From positions 345 through 64,344 of the forward strand of contig JAAYHY010000008.1 of NCBI GenBank assembly GCA_012735135.1: a stretch of DNA of 64,000 nucleotides, read 5' to 3'. Positions 28,048 through 36,812 of this stretch are shown here, piece by piece. The notes under the pieces are model-generated. The model had not been told where the DNA came from. It ran no database searches and saw only the letters and a program-made list of their open reading frames with translations. A program made the position numbers and the translations under genes. Every line of letters begins with the position of its first letter. Position 1 is the first letter of the stretch. Source of the DNA: Bacillota bacterium (GTDB taxonomy: Bacteria; Bacillota; UBA4882; UBA10575).

Positions 28048-29127
28048 ATGCTTAAGGTGGCGATTGTAGGCGCGACAGGGATCGTTGGCCAGCAGGCCAT
28101 TGTCAGCTTAACGAATCATCCGTGGTTTCAGATTACCAAATTGGCGGCTTCCGCCCGCTCGGCCGGGAAACCTTATGCGGAAGCGCTCCGGGAGGCCAAC
28201 GGCGCTTCGCGTTGGTGGTGCCCGCAGGAATTACCCCCGGAGATTGCCCAGTTGACGGTGGAAGAGGCAACCGCTTTTGACCCCACCAGTGTGGATTTGA
28301 TCTTCTCCACCTTGGATGCGGGGGTCGCGAAAGAGTTAGAACCAAAATGGGCGCGGACCACTCCGGTGATTAGCACGGCTTCCGCTTTCCGTTATGAAGA
28401 GGATACTCCGATTTTGGTCGGTGGCGTAAACATGGACCACACTGCGCTAATCAAAGTACAGCAAGAGCGCCGGGGTTGGAAGGGCTTTGTGGTGCCCAAA
28501 TCCAACTGCACGATTTCGGGTTTGGTCGTCTCTTTAAAACCGGTTTTAACCCACTTCGGAGTTAAACAAGTAATTGTCACCTCGTTGCAGGCCATGTCCG
28601 GCGCCGGCCGGAGTCCCGGTTTATCGGCGATGGATATGACGGAGAATGTTATTCCTTACATTCCCGGGGAAGAACCGAAGGTGGAATCTGAACCCCTCAA
28701 GATCCTCGGGACCTTTAACGGGCAAGGAATTACAAATGCCCCCTTTGGGATTACTGCGACTTGCACCCGGGTTCCGGTCCTCGATGGCCATCTGGTGGTG
28801 GTCTTTGCTCAAACCGAGAAAACATGTACCCCGGAAGAGGTCAAGGAAGTCATGCTTGACTTTGGCGCCGACTTTTGCCGGCTGGGCTTGCCCAGTTCAC
28901 CGCCGCAACTGATTGCGGTCACCGACGATCCCTTCCGGCCCCAACCGCGGATGGACCGGGACCGGGGTGACGGGATGACGGTGACCGTCGGCCGCCTCCG
29001 CAAGGACCCCATTCTCGAAAACGGCCTGAAGTATGTTTGTTTGGCCCATAATACCAAGTTAGGGGCGGCGAAGGGTGCGGTGCAAACCGCCGAATATCTA
29101 GTGAAATACTATTTAAAATGGTTATAA
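28048..29127 (+). CDS. asd: Aspartate-semialdehyde dehydrogenase
   Basis: VAIVGATG.VGQ Rossmann motif, the SNCT active-site Cys motif, and a RVPV.DGH segment. ATG 28048 has a GGGGGA SD. Confidence 0.9.
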   Translation: MLKVAIVGATGIVGQQAIVSLTNHPWFQITKLAASARSAGKPYAEALREANGASRWWCPQELPPEIAQLTVEEATAFDPTSVDLIFSTLDAGVAKELEPKWARTTPVISTASAFRYEEDTPILVGGVNMDHTALIKVQQERRGWKGFVVPKSNCTISGLVVSLKPVLTHFGVKQVIVTSLQAMSGAGRSPGLSAMDMTENVIPYIPGEEPKVESEPLKILGTFNGQGITNAPFGITATCTRVPVLDGHLVVVFAQTEKTCTPEEVKEVMLDFGADFCRLGLPSSPPQLIAVTDDPFRPQPRMDRDRGDGMTVTVGRLRKDPILENGLKYVCLAHNTKLGAAKGAVQTAEYLVKYYLKWL

Positions 29128-29143
29128 ACCGGCCATCGGGAAC

Positions 29144-29172
29144 TTGACCATACCGGTAAACTACGGTATAAT
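29144..29172 (+). promoter_or_regulatory. Candidate sigma-A promoter for the T-box leader
   Basis: TTGACC (29144-49), a 17-nt spacer, then TATAAT (29167-72). Confidence 0.55.
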
Positions 29173-29240
29173 CTATATAATTTAAGAAGCGGAACCCATT
29201 TAAAGTGTTCGCGCTTAATGCTTAGCAACTTAATATGTTT

Positions 29241-29461
29241 AAAGCGGCAATGAAGAGGAAGTAGCCGGGCGCCCGTCGGTGCCAGAGAGGAAGGCCTGCG
29301 GCTGGAAAGCCTTCCCTGACGGCCGGTGAAAACCACCTTGGAGCAGATGGTGAAATAAGCCAAACGGGTGACACCGTTATTTGTCACGAAGCCGGGTCCT
29401 AGACCAACAAGGGTGGAACCGCGGGCCAGATTACCCGTCCCTTACGAGGGGCGGGTTTTTT
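29241..29461 (+). promoter_or_regulatory. T-box riboswitch leader, probable Thr (ACC) specifier, with terminator
   Basis: Stem I with a TGAAGA GA-motif, an AGAGA bay (29284-88), and a distal loop. GTGAAAACCACC contains ACC at 29332-34. The T-box core is AACAAGGGTGGAACCGCGGG (29406-25). The terminator is CCCGTCCC-TTACGA-GGGGCGGG plus T6 (29434-61). Confidence 0.85.
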
Positions 29462-29530
29462 GATCTCCCGTTTTATCCATAAGGTGGCCTGGGGAAGAAC
29501 GGAAATGGACCCGATGGAAGCGAGGTGAGG

Positions 29531-29950
29531 ATGATGGAGCCGGAGGTTGAGATCTGCGCCGGTGGCGTAGTTTTTAAAGAGGGGAAGGTAGTAAGTTTAC
29601 GCCGGAAAAACGGCGTATGGTTGATGCCGAAGGGCCATGTGGATCCGGGCGAATCACTGGAGGAAGCCGCGGCCCGGGAGGTTTGGGAAGAAACAGGCCT
29701 GACGGTCCGGGTGGGGCCTTCTTTGGGGGAGACCGCATACTGCTATACGGAAAATGGGGTTGACCACCGGAAAAAAGTATACTGGTTTTATATGGAGGCC
29801 ACCGGGGGACAGCTCCGGCCGGAAGCGGAGACGTTTACGGCGGTCCGTCTGCTCTCCGCAGAGGAATTAAATACTTTAAGTTTTCCGGCCGACCGTCAAT
29901 TGGCGGCCAAGGCCTTTGCGCTATACCAAAAGGCGAAGACGACCCCCTGA
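29531..29950 (+). CDS. NUDIX hydrolase
   Basis: Nudix box GHVDPGESLEEAAAREVWEETGL. About 139 aa. It lies between the T-box and thrS. Confidence 0.85.
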   Translation: MMEPEVEICAGGVVFKEGKVVSLRRKNGVWLMPKGHVDPGESLEEAAAREVWEETGLTVRVGPSLGETAYCYTENGVDHRKKVYWFYMEATGGQLRPEAETFTAVRLLSAEELNTLSFPADRQLAAKAFALYQKAKTTP

Positions 29951-30019
29951 TTTCACCCGGATGAACAATTATTTTGACCAGTATTGGCCCAACTTGGGCT
30001 GGACAGTATTTCCACGATA

Positions 30020-30103
30020 GTCGCTCACGCTGGCTTCCGACAGCTGGAACAGGTGATGATCATTCAAAGCCGGGTGAGTCGACAAGCAGCGAAGGTATTT
30101 TTT
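30020..30103 (+). repeat. Conserved structured intergenic element, copy 1 (5' of thrS)
   Basis: Aligns block by block with 39325-39406 and 54855-54993. 30020-36 pairs with 30067-83 (16 bp, 2 bulges). See findings. Confidence 0.5.
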
Positions 30104-30118
30104 GGGAGGAGGATTGTG

Positions 30119-32029
30119 ATGCTTAAATTATGGTTACCCGACGGGTCCAGCCGGACAGCGGAGAGCGGGATCTCCGGGAAAGAACTGATCGCCGGTTTAG
30201 ATCCGTCCCTCAAGAAAGAGGTCATCTGTCTTAAAGTGGACGGGGAGTTGAAGGATCTCTCCACCCTGCTGCCGGCCGATGCCGAGGTGAGTCTGGTCCG
30301 GCGTTCCGATCCCGAAGCTATAGAGGTTTTAAGGCATTCGGCTGCCCATATTATGGCCCAGGCCGTCAAGCGGCTTTTTCCCGAAGCTAAACTGGCGATT
30401 GGACCGGCGATCGAAAACGGTTTTTACTACGATTTCGACCTGCCCCGGCCGTTGCCCCCGGAGGATTTGGCGGTGATTGAAGAGGAGATGAAGCGGATTA
30501 TCAAGGAAGATTATCCGTTCATCCGCCAACTGGTGCCGAAAGAAGAGGCGCTGGCCCGCTTGCGCGCGGCGGGGGAGAAATTTAAAGAAGAATTAGTCTC
30601 CGAACTGGAAGACGGGGAGATCAGCTTTTACCAGCAAGGCGAGTTCACCGATCTCTGCCGGGGTCCCCATTTACCCTCCACCCGCTATCTGCAAGCCTTT
30701 AAACTGACCAGTATTGCCGGGGCTTACTGGCGTGGGGATTCCTCCCGGGAAATGCTCCAACGGATCTACGGCACGGCTTTCTTTAGCCGGGAAGAGCTGG
30801 ATGCTTACTTTAAATTATTGGAAGAGGCGGCCCGCCGCGACCATCGTAAACTCGGACGGGAACTGGATTTATTCTCCACCGACGACCAGATTGGCGCCGG
30901 GTTAATCCTGTGGCATCCCAAAGGGGGCCGCGTCCGTCAGGTGATCGAGGACTTCTGGCGGGACGAACACCGGAAAAACGGTTACGAGTTGGTTTTTACC
31001 CCCCATTTGGGCCGGAGCCAGCTCTGGGAGACCAGTGGCCATTTGGGCTTTTACCGGGAGAATATGTATTCGGGGATGGAGGTCGAAGGGCAGGAGTATT
31101 TGATTAAACCGATGAACTGCCCGTTCCATATCGCCATTTATAAAAGCCGGAGCCGTTCTTACCGGGAGTTGCCGTTCCGTTGGGCGGAGTTGGGGACGGT
31201 TTACCGTTATGAGCGCAGCGGGGTGCTCCATGGGCTCCTGCGGGTCCGCGGCTTTACCCAGGATGACGCCCACATCTTTTGCCGGCCCGACCAGATGCCG
31301 GAAGAGATCGACCGGGTCCTTGCCTTTTGCTTAAAGATCCTTAGAGCCTTTGGTTTTAAAGAATTCAAACTGTACCTGGCGACCAGGCCGGAGAAGTCGG
31401 TGGGGGCGGAAGAACGCTGGGCCGCAGCAACCGAGGCTTTACGGACGGCTATCGAAAAAACCGGCCTCCCTTATGAAGTGGACGAGGGCGGCGGGGCCTT
31501 CTACGGACCCAAGATCGACCTGAAAATCAAGGACGCCTTGGGGCGGGAATGGCAGTGCTCTACCATCCAATTTGACTTTAACGAACCGGAACGGTTTGAG
31601 CTCACTTATAAAGGAGCGGATAGCCAGGACCACCAACCGTACATGATCCACCGGGCCTTGCTCGGCTCACTGGAACGCTTCTTTGGGATCTTGGTTGAAA
31701 ACTACGAAGGAGCTTTCCCCTTATGGCTGGCGCCGGTCCAGGCAGTGGTGCTTCCGGTTTTACCCGCCAACCTGGAGTACGCCGGGGAGCTTTACGACTG
31801 GTTGCGGGCCAGTGGTATCCGGGCCGAACTGGACAGCCGGAATGAGAAGATCGGCTACCGGATCCGGGAAGCCCAAATGCAGAAAGTGCCTTATATGTTA
31901 GTGGTGGGCTCGAAAGAGGCGGAGAGCGGTCAGGTGGCCGTCCGGACCAGGAAAGAAGGGGATCTGGGCGTCTGGTCCCGGGAAGAGCTGCTGGCCCGGA
32001 TGGAAAAGGAGATTGCGGAAAAAAGTTAA
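30119..32029 (+). CDS. thrS: Threonine--tRNA ligase
   Basis: TGS domain, editing domain (HS.AH..A.A), class II core (RGFTQDDAHIF, FYGPKID), and anticodon-binding domain. ATG 30119 follows a GGGAGGAGG SD; the track start at 29984 reads through the leader. Confidence 0.95.
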   Translation: MLKLWLPDGSSRTAESGISGKELIAGLDPSLKKEVICLKVDGELKDLSTLLPADAEVSLVRRSDPEAIEVLRHSAAHIMAQAVKRLFPEAKLAIGPAIENGFYYDFDLPRPLPPEDLAVIEEEMKRIIKEDYPFIRQLVPKEEALARLRAAGEKFKEELVSELEDGEISFYQQGEFTDLCRGPHLPSTRYLQAFKLTSIAGAYWRGDSSREMLQRIYGTAFFSREELDAYFKLLEEAARRDHRKLGRELDLFSTDDQIGAGLILWHPKGGRVRQVIEDFWRDEHRKNGYELVFTPHLGRSQLWETSGHLGFYRENMYSGMEVEGQEYLIKPMNCPFHIAIYKSRSRSYRELPFRWAELGTVYRYERSGVLHGLLRVRGFTQDDAHIFCRPDQMPEEIDRVLAFCLKILRAFGFKEFKLYLATRPEKSVGAEERWAAATEALRTAIEKTGLPYEVDEGGGAFYGPKIDLKIKDALGREWQCSTIQFDFNEPERFELTYKGADSQDHQPYMIHRALLGSLERFFGILVENYEGAFPLWLAPVQAVVLPVLPANLEYAGELYDWLRASGIRAELDSRNEKIGYRIREAQMQKVPYMLVVGSKEAESGQVAVRTRKEGDLGVWSREELLARMEKEIAEKS

Positions 32030-32144
32030 GGTTTTATTGACGTGGCGTTGCTCCGGGAAGGACCGGGGGTTACCTTCGAGACAGTAGAGGAGACGGAAAT
32101 GGCAAGAATAAGGAGGAAATATTGACCGGATTCAAAGCGGAGCA

Positions 32145-32789
32145 ATGCGGAAAGGGGCAGACAGGGTGCGCTTTATCTTCCGTAATTATCTGTTGCGCTG
32201 GACCGGGTTTATGGAAGTCTTTCTTTCCTTCCTTTTGATCCTCAGTGTGGTGATTGCCGCCGCCGGTCTGGTGCTAAACTTGTACGGGTTAACACAAAAG
32301 CTGAACGACACCGGTTATTTCCAGAAATTTCTCGGGTCGACCATGGCGCTGATTATTGCCTTGGAGTTAATTAAAATGATTCTCCGGGACACCATCAGCA
32401 GCACCATAGAAGTATTATTGATTGCCATCTCCCGGAAACTGATCGTTAGTGAAGGCAACACCTTAGACTTTTTAATTGGGATCATCGCCATCGCTTTCTT
32501 GTTTCTGATCCGGAAGTATCTCTTTGTCTCCGAATTTAGCACCGACAGCGGGATTGTGGTCAGCGCAGCGATGCCGGTGGCGGAAGCGGAAAAGCTGCTC
32601 AGGCGGGTTCTTCCCCGTCACGCCCATACTGTTGGCGGGGTGGTGGCGCAAATTGCGGGGGAGGAAAACCGGAAACTCAAGGAAGGGGAGGTGTATACGG
32701 TAAACGGCCTGAAGGTCCGGATTAACCGGATGGAGAACGGGATCATTGAGGTGGTGGAGTTTTTAACGGGTGGAGAAAAGGAGGGCTAA
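32145..32789 (+). CDS. Membrane protein: PsiE-like 4-TM N-terminal domain fused to a CorC/HlyC-type transporter-associated C-terminal domain
   Basis: The TM segments resemble PsiE-type proteins. The C-terminal ~80 aa (..GGVVAQI.G......EGEVYTVNGLKVRI.RMENG.I..VEF) resemble the CorC_HlyC domain. The start is uncertain (ATG 32145 or GTG 32166). Confidence 0.55.
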   Translation: MRKGADRVRFIFRNYLLRWTGFMEVFLSFLLILSVVIAAAGLVLNLYGLTQKLNDTGYFQKFLGSTMALIIALELIKMILRDTISSTIEVLLIAISRKLIVSEGNTLDFLIGIIAIAFLFLIRKYLFVSEFSTDSGIVVSAAMPVAEAEKLLRRVLPRHAHTVGGVVAQIAGEENRKLKEGEVYTVNGLKVRINRMENGIIEVVEFLTGGEKEG

Positions 32790-32906
32790 CCAAAACCGTG
32801 CCTATAAACCTGTTCTTTCCAGAAGATAAATTCCGGAATTAGTGAAGGAGCCTGGCGAGCCTGGTCGAATTGTTTAATAACCGGACTTTAGTGGAGGCAT
32901 GGATGG

Positions 32907-34274
32907 ATGTTGAATAAGACTAGGCTTTTCGTTATCCTTGTTCTGCTTCTTCTTGGCGTAAACCCGCTTTTGGCTTTTCATAGCGGGATACCCGGCGGAG
33001 ATGTGGTTTTATACGAATTATTATATCCGGCGCTGAAAGGTGGAACACCCTTTAGCCCTCCACCGGCCATCCCGCCGAAGGGGACACCTCCCCTGGAACC
33101 GGAGCCCGCCTTTCCCCGGGTTACCCCTGTCCCGATGCCGGCCGAAGTGAAAGGGATCTACGCTACCGGATGGGCAGCCGGCAGTCCGGCTTTGTTCAAC
33201 CGGATCTTACAATTTATCGAAGCAACCGAGGTCAATTCCTTGGTGGTCGATATTAAAGATGACACCGGCCTCCTCAGTTACCGGTCGACGGTGCCGTTGG
33301 TGGAGGTCTTGGGCGCTTGGGAGAAGAAAATTCCCGATCCCCAACGGCTGTTACAGACTTTACAGCAGAAGAAGATCTACCCCATTGCCCGGTTGGTTGT
33401 TTTTAAAGATCCTTATCTGGCCGAAAAACGGCCGGATTTAGCCGTCAAGCACACGGACGGTGGAATTTGGCGGGATTATAAGGGACTGGCCTGGGTTGAT
33501 CCCCATGCCCGGGAGGTCTGGAATTACAACATCCAGATCGCCAAAGAAGCAATAAAAATGGGGTTTCCGGAGATCCAATTTGATTATGTCCGCTTTGCCA
33601 GTGACGGTGATTTAAAAAAATGCGTTTACCCCTTTGCCGATGGGAGCAGCAAAGAGGATGTAATCGAAGCTTTTCTCCAGTATGCCCGGGAAGAGTTGGA
33701 GCCGCTAGGGGCTGTTGTCTCCGCCGATATTTTTGGCTTGGCCTGCTCGGCGCCGGATGATCTCTACATCGGGCAGAAACTCGAGAAGATTGCCCAAGCG
33801 GTTCCGGTTATTTCACCGATGGTGTATCCTTCCCATTATGCCAAGGGCAGTTACGGACTGGCCAATCCCGATCTTTCCCCTTACGAAACAGTCTTAAAAA
33901 GCTTACAGGACGCCAGTCGAAGACTGAGTGCTTATCCGGTCAAGCTTCGTCCCTGGTTACAAGATTTTTCCCTGGGAAGCAATTATGGCCCCGCGCAGAT
34001 TGAAGCCCAGATCCGGGCGGTTTATGATGCGGGCGTCCGCGACTGGATCTTCTGGAATCCCAGTTGCCGTTATGATGTGAATAAATATGTAACAAAAGGA
34101 AACAGCCCGGTGGGGAAGGGGGAAGGGTTTACTCTTCCGGAGGAAGAGCTATTGGTCCCGGTTGTCCAGGATTCCAAGGCGGATGGGGCGATCCCGCCCT
34201 TGAGGGTAGCTGAACCCCGTGAAGGTACTCTTGAGGAACCGTCATCTCCTCCGGAGGAGGCCAGGGGGCGGTAA
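32907..34274 (+). CDS. Secreted putative glycoside hydrolase-like TIM-barrel protein (DUF4015-like)
   Basis: Signal peptide, then VKGIY.TGW.AGS......I..FI..TE.NS.V.DIKDD.G.L.Y.S and EIQFDY.RF, typical of this family. Confidence 0.65.
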   Translation: MLNKTRLFVILVLLLLGVNPLLAFHSGIPGGDVVLYELLYPALKGGTPFSPPPAIPPKGTPPLEPEPAFPRVTPVPMPAEVKGIYATGWAAGSPALFNRILQFIEATEVNSLVVDIKDDTGLLSYRSTVPLVEVLGAWEKKIPDPQRLLQTLQQKKIYPIARLVVFKDPYLAEKRPDLAVKHTDGGIWRDYKGLAWVDPHAREVWNYNIQIAKEAIKMGFPEIQFDYVRFASDGDLKKCVYPFADGSSKEDVIEAFLQYAREELEPLGAVVSADIFGLACSAPDDLYIGQKLEKIAQAVPVISPMVYPSHYAKGSYGLANPDLSPYETVLKSLQDASRRLSAYPVKLRPWLQDFSLGSNYGPAQIEAQIRAVYDAGVRDWIFWNPSCRYDVNKYVTKGNSPVGKGEGFTLPEEELLVPVVQDSKADGAIPPLRVAEPREGTLEEPSSPPEEARGR

Positions 34275-34378
34275 ACTGGGCTAAAGCGGTGTAAATTTGC
34301 CGATCAATGTACTCGTATAAATAATGATCGGAACCGCATATGGTTTACAATTTTTAACGAGAATGACTTGATTTTCGA

Positions 34379-34407
34379 TTGACTTTTACTTGTGGTTTTG
34401 ATATATT
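34379..34407 (+). promoter_or_regulatory. Candidate sigma-A promoter for the ABC substrate-binding protein gene
   Basis: TTGACT (34379-84), a 17-nt spacer, then TATATT (34402-07). Confidence 0.5.
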
Positions 34408-34508
34408 CTTCGTAATATCTTATTCTAAAGACGAGATGAATACAGGTTAAGACAAGTATTAGTCTCGTCTGTATATTTATAATACTGTTAAACATAAACG
34501 GGGGTGTA

Positions 34509-35663
34509 ATGGCAATGAAAAGAAAATTGTTGGTTGTAGGAGCGCTTGTGGTGGTTTTGGCTGTTATTATTGTCCTCTTAACCGGGCGAGGCAAAAGCGA
34601 TACCTTAAAAATAGGCACGATCATGTCCACGAGCGGTCCGGTTTCCCATTTCGGAACCCAATGCCGGGATGCGATGCTGTTGGCGATTGACGAGTTTAAC
34701 GCCAGAGGTGGGGTTCTCGGAAAACAAGTCGAGTTAATTGCGGAAGATGATGAAAAGAATCCGGAGAAAACCATGAATGCGCTGATTAAATTAATCACGA
34801 AAGATAAGGTAAAAGTGGTTCTCGGCGGCTTAACCAGCGATTGTACCTTGGCCATCACTAAGGAAGCTCAGCAAAGAGGAATTCTCCTTTTTACCCCGAC
34901 TTCCACCAATGATTCGGTGACCGACGCCGGCGATCTTATTTTCCGCGCTTGCTTCAAAGATTCTTTCCAGGGTCAAGTAATGGCCCAATTTGCCATTGAA
35001 AATTTAGGCGCGAAGAAAGCCGCAATCCTTTATGATATGAATAACGACTATTCCACCGGCTTAATGAAGAGTTTTGAAGAAACCTTTACCGCTTTCGGCG
35101 GCACGGTGGTGGCAAGTGAATCCTACGCCGGTGGCGATAAAGACTTTAATGCGCAGATTACCAAGATTAAAGCGGGAGATCCCGATGTCCTTTTCCTCCC
35201 CGACTATTACAACACCATCTCTTTAATTACCAAGCAGGTGCGGAATCAAGGTTTGGATGTAATCATGCTTGGCCCCGATGGTTGGGACGAACTGGTCGGG
35301 CAAGCCGGGGAAGAAGCCGTTGGTGGTTACTACTGTAACCATTATAGCCCCGATGCGGATGACCCGGATGTGGTGGAGTTTGTCCGTAAATACCGGGAAC
35401 GTTATGGGGTTACCCCCAATGCCCTCGCGGCGCTCGGGTATGATGCCACCTATATTGTGTTGGAAGCCATTGAACGGGCCGGGACCGACGACCCGCAAAA
35501 ACTGAAAGCAGCGCTGATGGAGACGGATAAGAAATACGTCACCGGTCATATCACCTTTGATGCAAACCGTAATCCGGTCAAATCGACGACGATCTTAAAG
35601 GTCGTTAAGGGCGCGGACGGGAAATTGACCACCGAATATGTGGGGATGGTTAACCCCGAATAA
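34509..35663 (+). CDS. Branched-chain amino acid ABC transporter substrate-binding protein (LivJ/LivK-like)
   Basis: Periplasmic_binding_protein type 1 pattern (KIG...S.SGP.S.FG, DD...P), an N-terminal TM/signal segment, and livHMGF downstream. The alternative start ATG 34515 has better SD spacing. Confidence 0.88.
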   Translation: MAMKRKLLVVGALVVVLAVIIVLLTGRGKSDTLKIGTIMSTSGPVSHFGTQCRDAMLLAIDEFNARGGVLGKQVELIAEDDEKNPEKTMNALIKLITKDKVKVVLGGLTSDCTLAITKEAQQRGILLFTPTSTNDSVTDAGDLIFRACFKDSFQGQVMAQFAIENLGAKKAAILYDMNNDYSTGLMKSFEETFTAFGGTVVASESYAGGDKDFNAQITKIKAGDPDVLFLPDYYNTISLITKQVRNQGLDVIMLGPDGWDELVGQAGEEAVGGYYCNHYSPDADDPDVVEFVRKYRERYGVTPNALAALGYDATYIVLEAIERAGTDDPQKLKAALMETDKKYVTGHITFDANRNPVKSTTILKVVKGADGKLTTEYVGMVNPE

Positions 35664-35690
35664 AATATAGAGAGCCAATAAAGGCTAGAA

Positions 35691-35727
35691 AGTAATGGGA
35701 GAAAGGGTTTTCTCCCATTACTTTATT
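35691..35727 (+). terminator. Rho-independent terminator after the binding-protein gene
   Basis: AGTAATGGGAGA-AAGGGTTT-TCTCCCATTACT followed by a T-rich tail. Confidence 0.75.
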
Positions 35728-35905
35728 CAAAACTATTATAAAAATTAATCCTTGGAAAAATAATTTAAAAATGTTGCCGGTATCTTAACCCGGCTCTTCG
35801 GATTGAACGATCAACAGAAACATTACCAATCATCATGGACGTTCAATCTATTGTCTATTGGATAATTGAATGGCGTATTTCCTTAACTTGGGAGGTGGGG
35901 TTTGG

Positions 35906-36805
35906 ATGGATTTTCTGCAGCAATTCTGCCAGCAAACGCTGAACGGAATGTCCCTGGGAAGTATCTATGCTTTATTGGCCCTAGGCTATACGATGGTTTA
36001 CGGTATTGTGCAGTTGATTAACTTTGCCCATGGTGATATTCTGATGGTAGGAGCTTTTGTCAGTTACTTCGTCCTTAGCAAGTGGGGAATCACACCCGTA
36101 ACCCTGATGTTGTCCTTTTTGCCGTCGATGCTGTTCTGTCTAACGTTAGGCGTATCCATGGAAAAAGTTTGCTATAAACCTTTGCGGAATCAACCACGGA
36201 TCAACGCCTTAATTACGGCGATTGGGGTTTCTTTCTTACTGGAAAACGGCGCGCGGGTGATTCCGGCAATCGGGCCAAATCCCCGGGTTTTTCCTACCTT
36301 GCCGGTGGTGAACTATGCTTGGCTCGGGGTAAGCATCAGCCGGGTTCAGCTCTTAATCTTTATGGTCGCCATTGTTTTAATGCTTCTTCTTAATTATATC
36401 GTTAACTTTACCAAGATCGGCAAAGCCATGCGGGCGGTCTCTTATGATAAAGGCGCCGCTTATCTGATGGGGATTAATGTGGACCGGGTGATCTCTTTCA
36501 CCTTTGCTTTGGGCTCATCGTTGGCGGCGGCGGCCGGGATCCTTTTCGCTAGTGCTTATCCGCAAATCGAACCTTATATGGGGATTATGCCCGGGATGAA
36601 AGCCTTTATTGCGGCCGTCCTTGGTGGAATCGGCAGTATTCCTGGGGCCGTGCTGGGCGGTTTGATTTTGGGCGTCGCAGAGACCTTGACTAAAGGTTTT
36701 CTCTCTTCGCAACTTTCCGATGCAATTGCCTTTGGCTTGTTAATCCTAATTTTAGTGGTGAAACCTTCCGGTCTTCTTGGCAAACCTATGGGCGAGAAAG
36801 TGTAG
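35906..36805 (+). CDS. livH: Branched-chain amino acid ABC transporter permease (LivH type)
   Basis: Q...NG...GS.YAL.ALG.T..YG......NFAHG. About 300 aa and multi-TM. ATG 35906 follows a GGAGGTG SD. Confidence 0.9.
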   Translation: MDFLQQFCQQTLNGMSLGSIYALLALGYTMVYGIVQLINFAHGDILMVGAFVSYFVLSKWGITPVTLMLSFLPSMLFCLTLGVSMEKVCYKPLRNQPRINALITAIGVSFLLENGARVIPAIGPNPRVFPTLPVVNYAWLGVSISRVQLLIFMVAIVLMLLLNYIVNFTKIGKAMRAVSYDKGAAYLMGINVDRVISFTFALGSSLAAAAGILFASAYPQIEPYMGIMPGMKAFIAAVLGGIGSIPGAVLGGLILGVAETLTKGFLSSQLSDAIAFGLLILILVVKPSGLLGKPMGEKV

Positions 36806-36812
36806 GTGAGCT

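Noticed and set aside
30020-30103. A resemblance between the conserved element and the guanidine-I (ykkC) riboswitch, based on the GG.UUCC and AAAGCCCGGG-like strings.
   Set aside because: The ykkC core features as I recall them are absent: CUAGGGUUCCG, GGUCCGAGAG, and the ACGG..CGGGA..AAAGCCCGGGAGA hairpin. In ykkC the AAAGCCCG string closes a local hairpin. Here it pairs long-range with block A, and the downstream genes do not fit.
29984-30118. N-terminal extensions in the ORF track. Examples are thrS from 29984, pdxS from 467, the GH43 gene from 1684, the PHP gene from 8658, deoB from 45497, rimM from 43776, rnfA from 51878 and the cofE-like gene from 26613.
   Set aside because: In each case an internal ATG, GTG or TTG with a well-spaced GGAGG-type SD matches the conserved N-terminus of the family. 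The extension also reads through leader, terminator or upstream-gene sequence.
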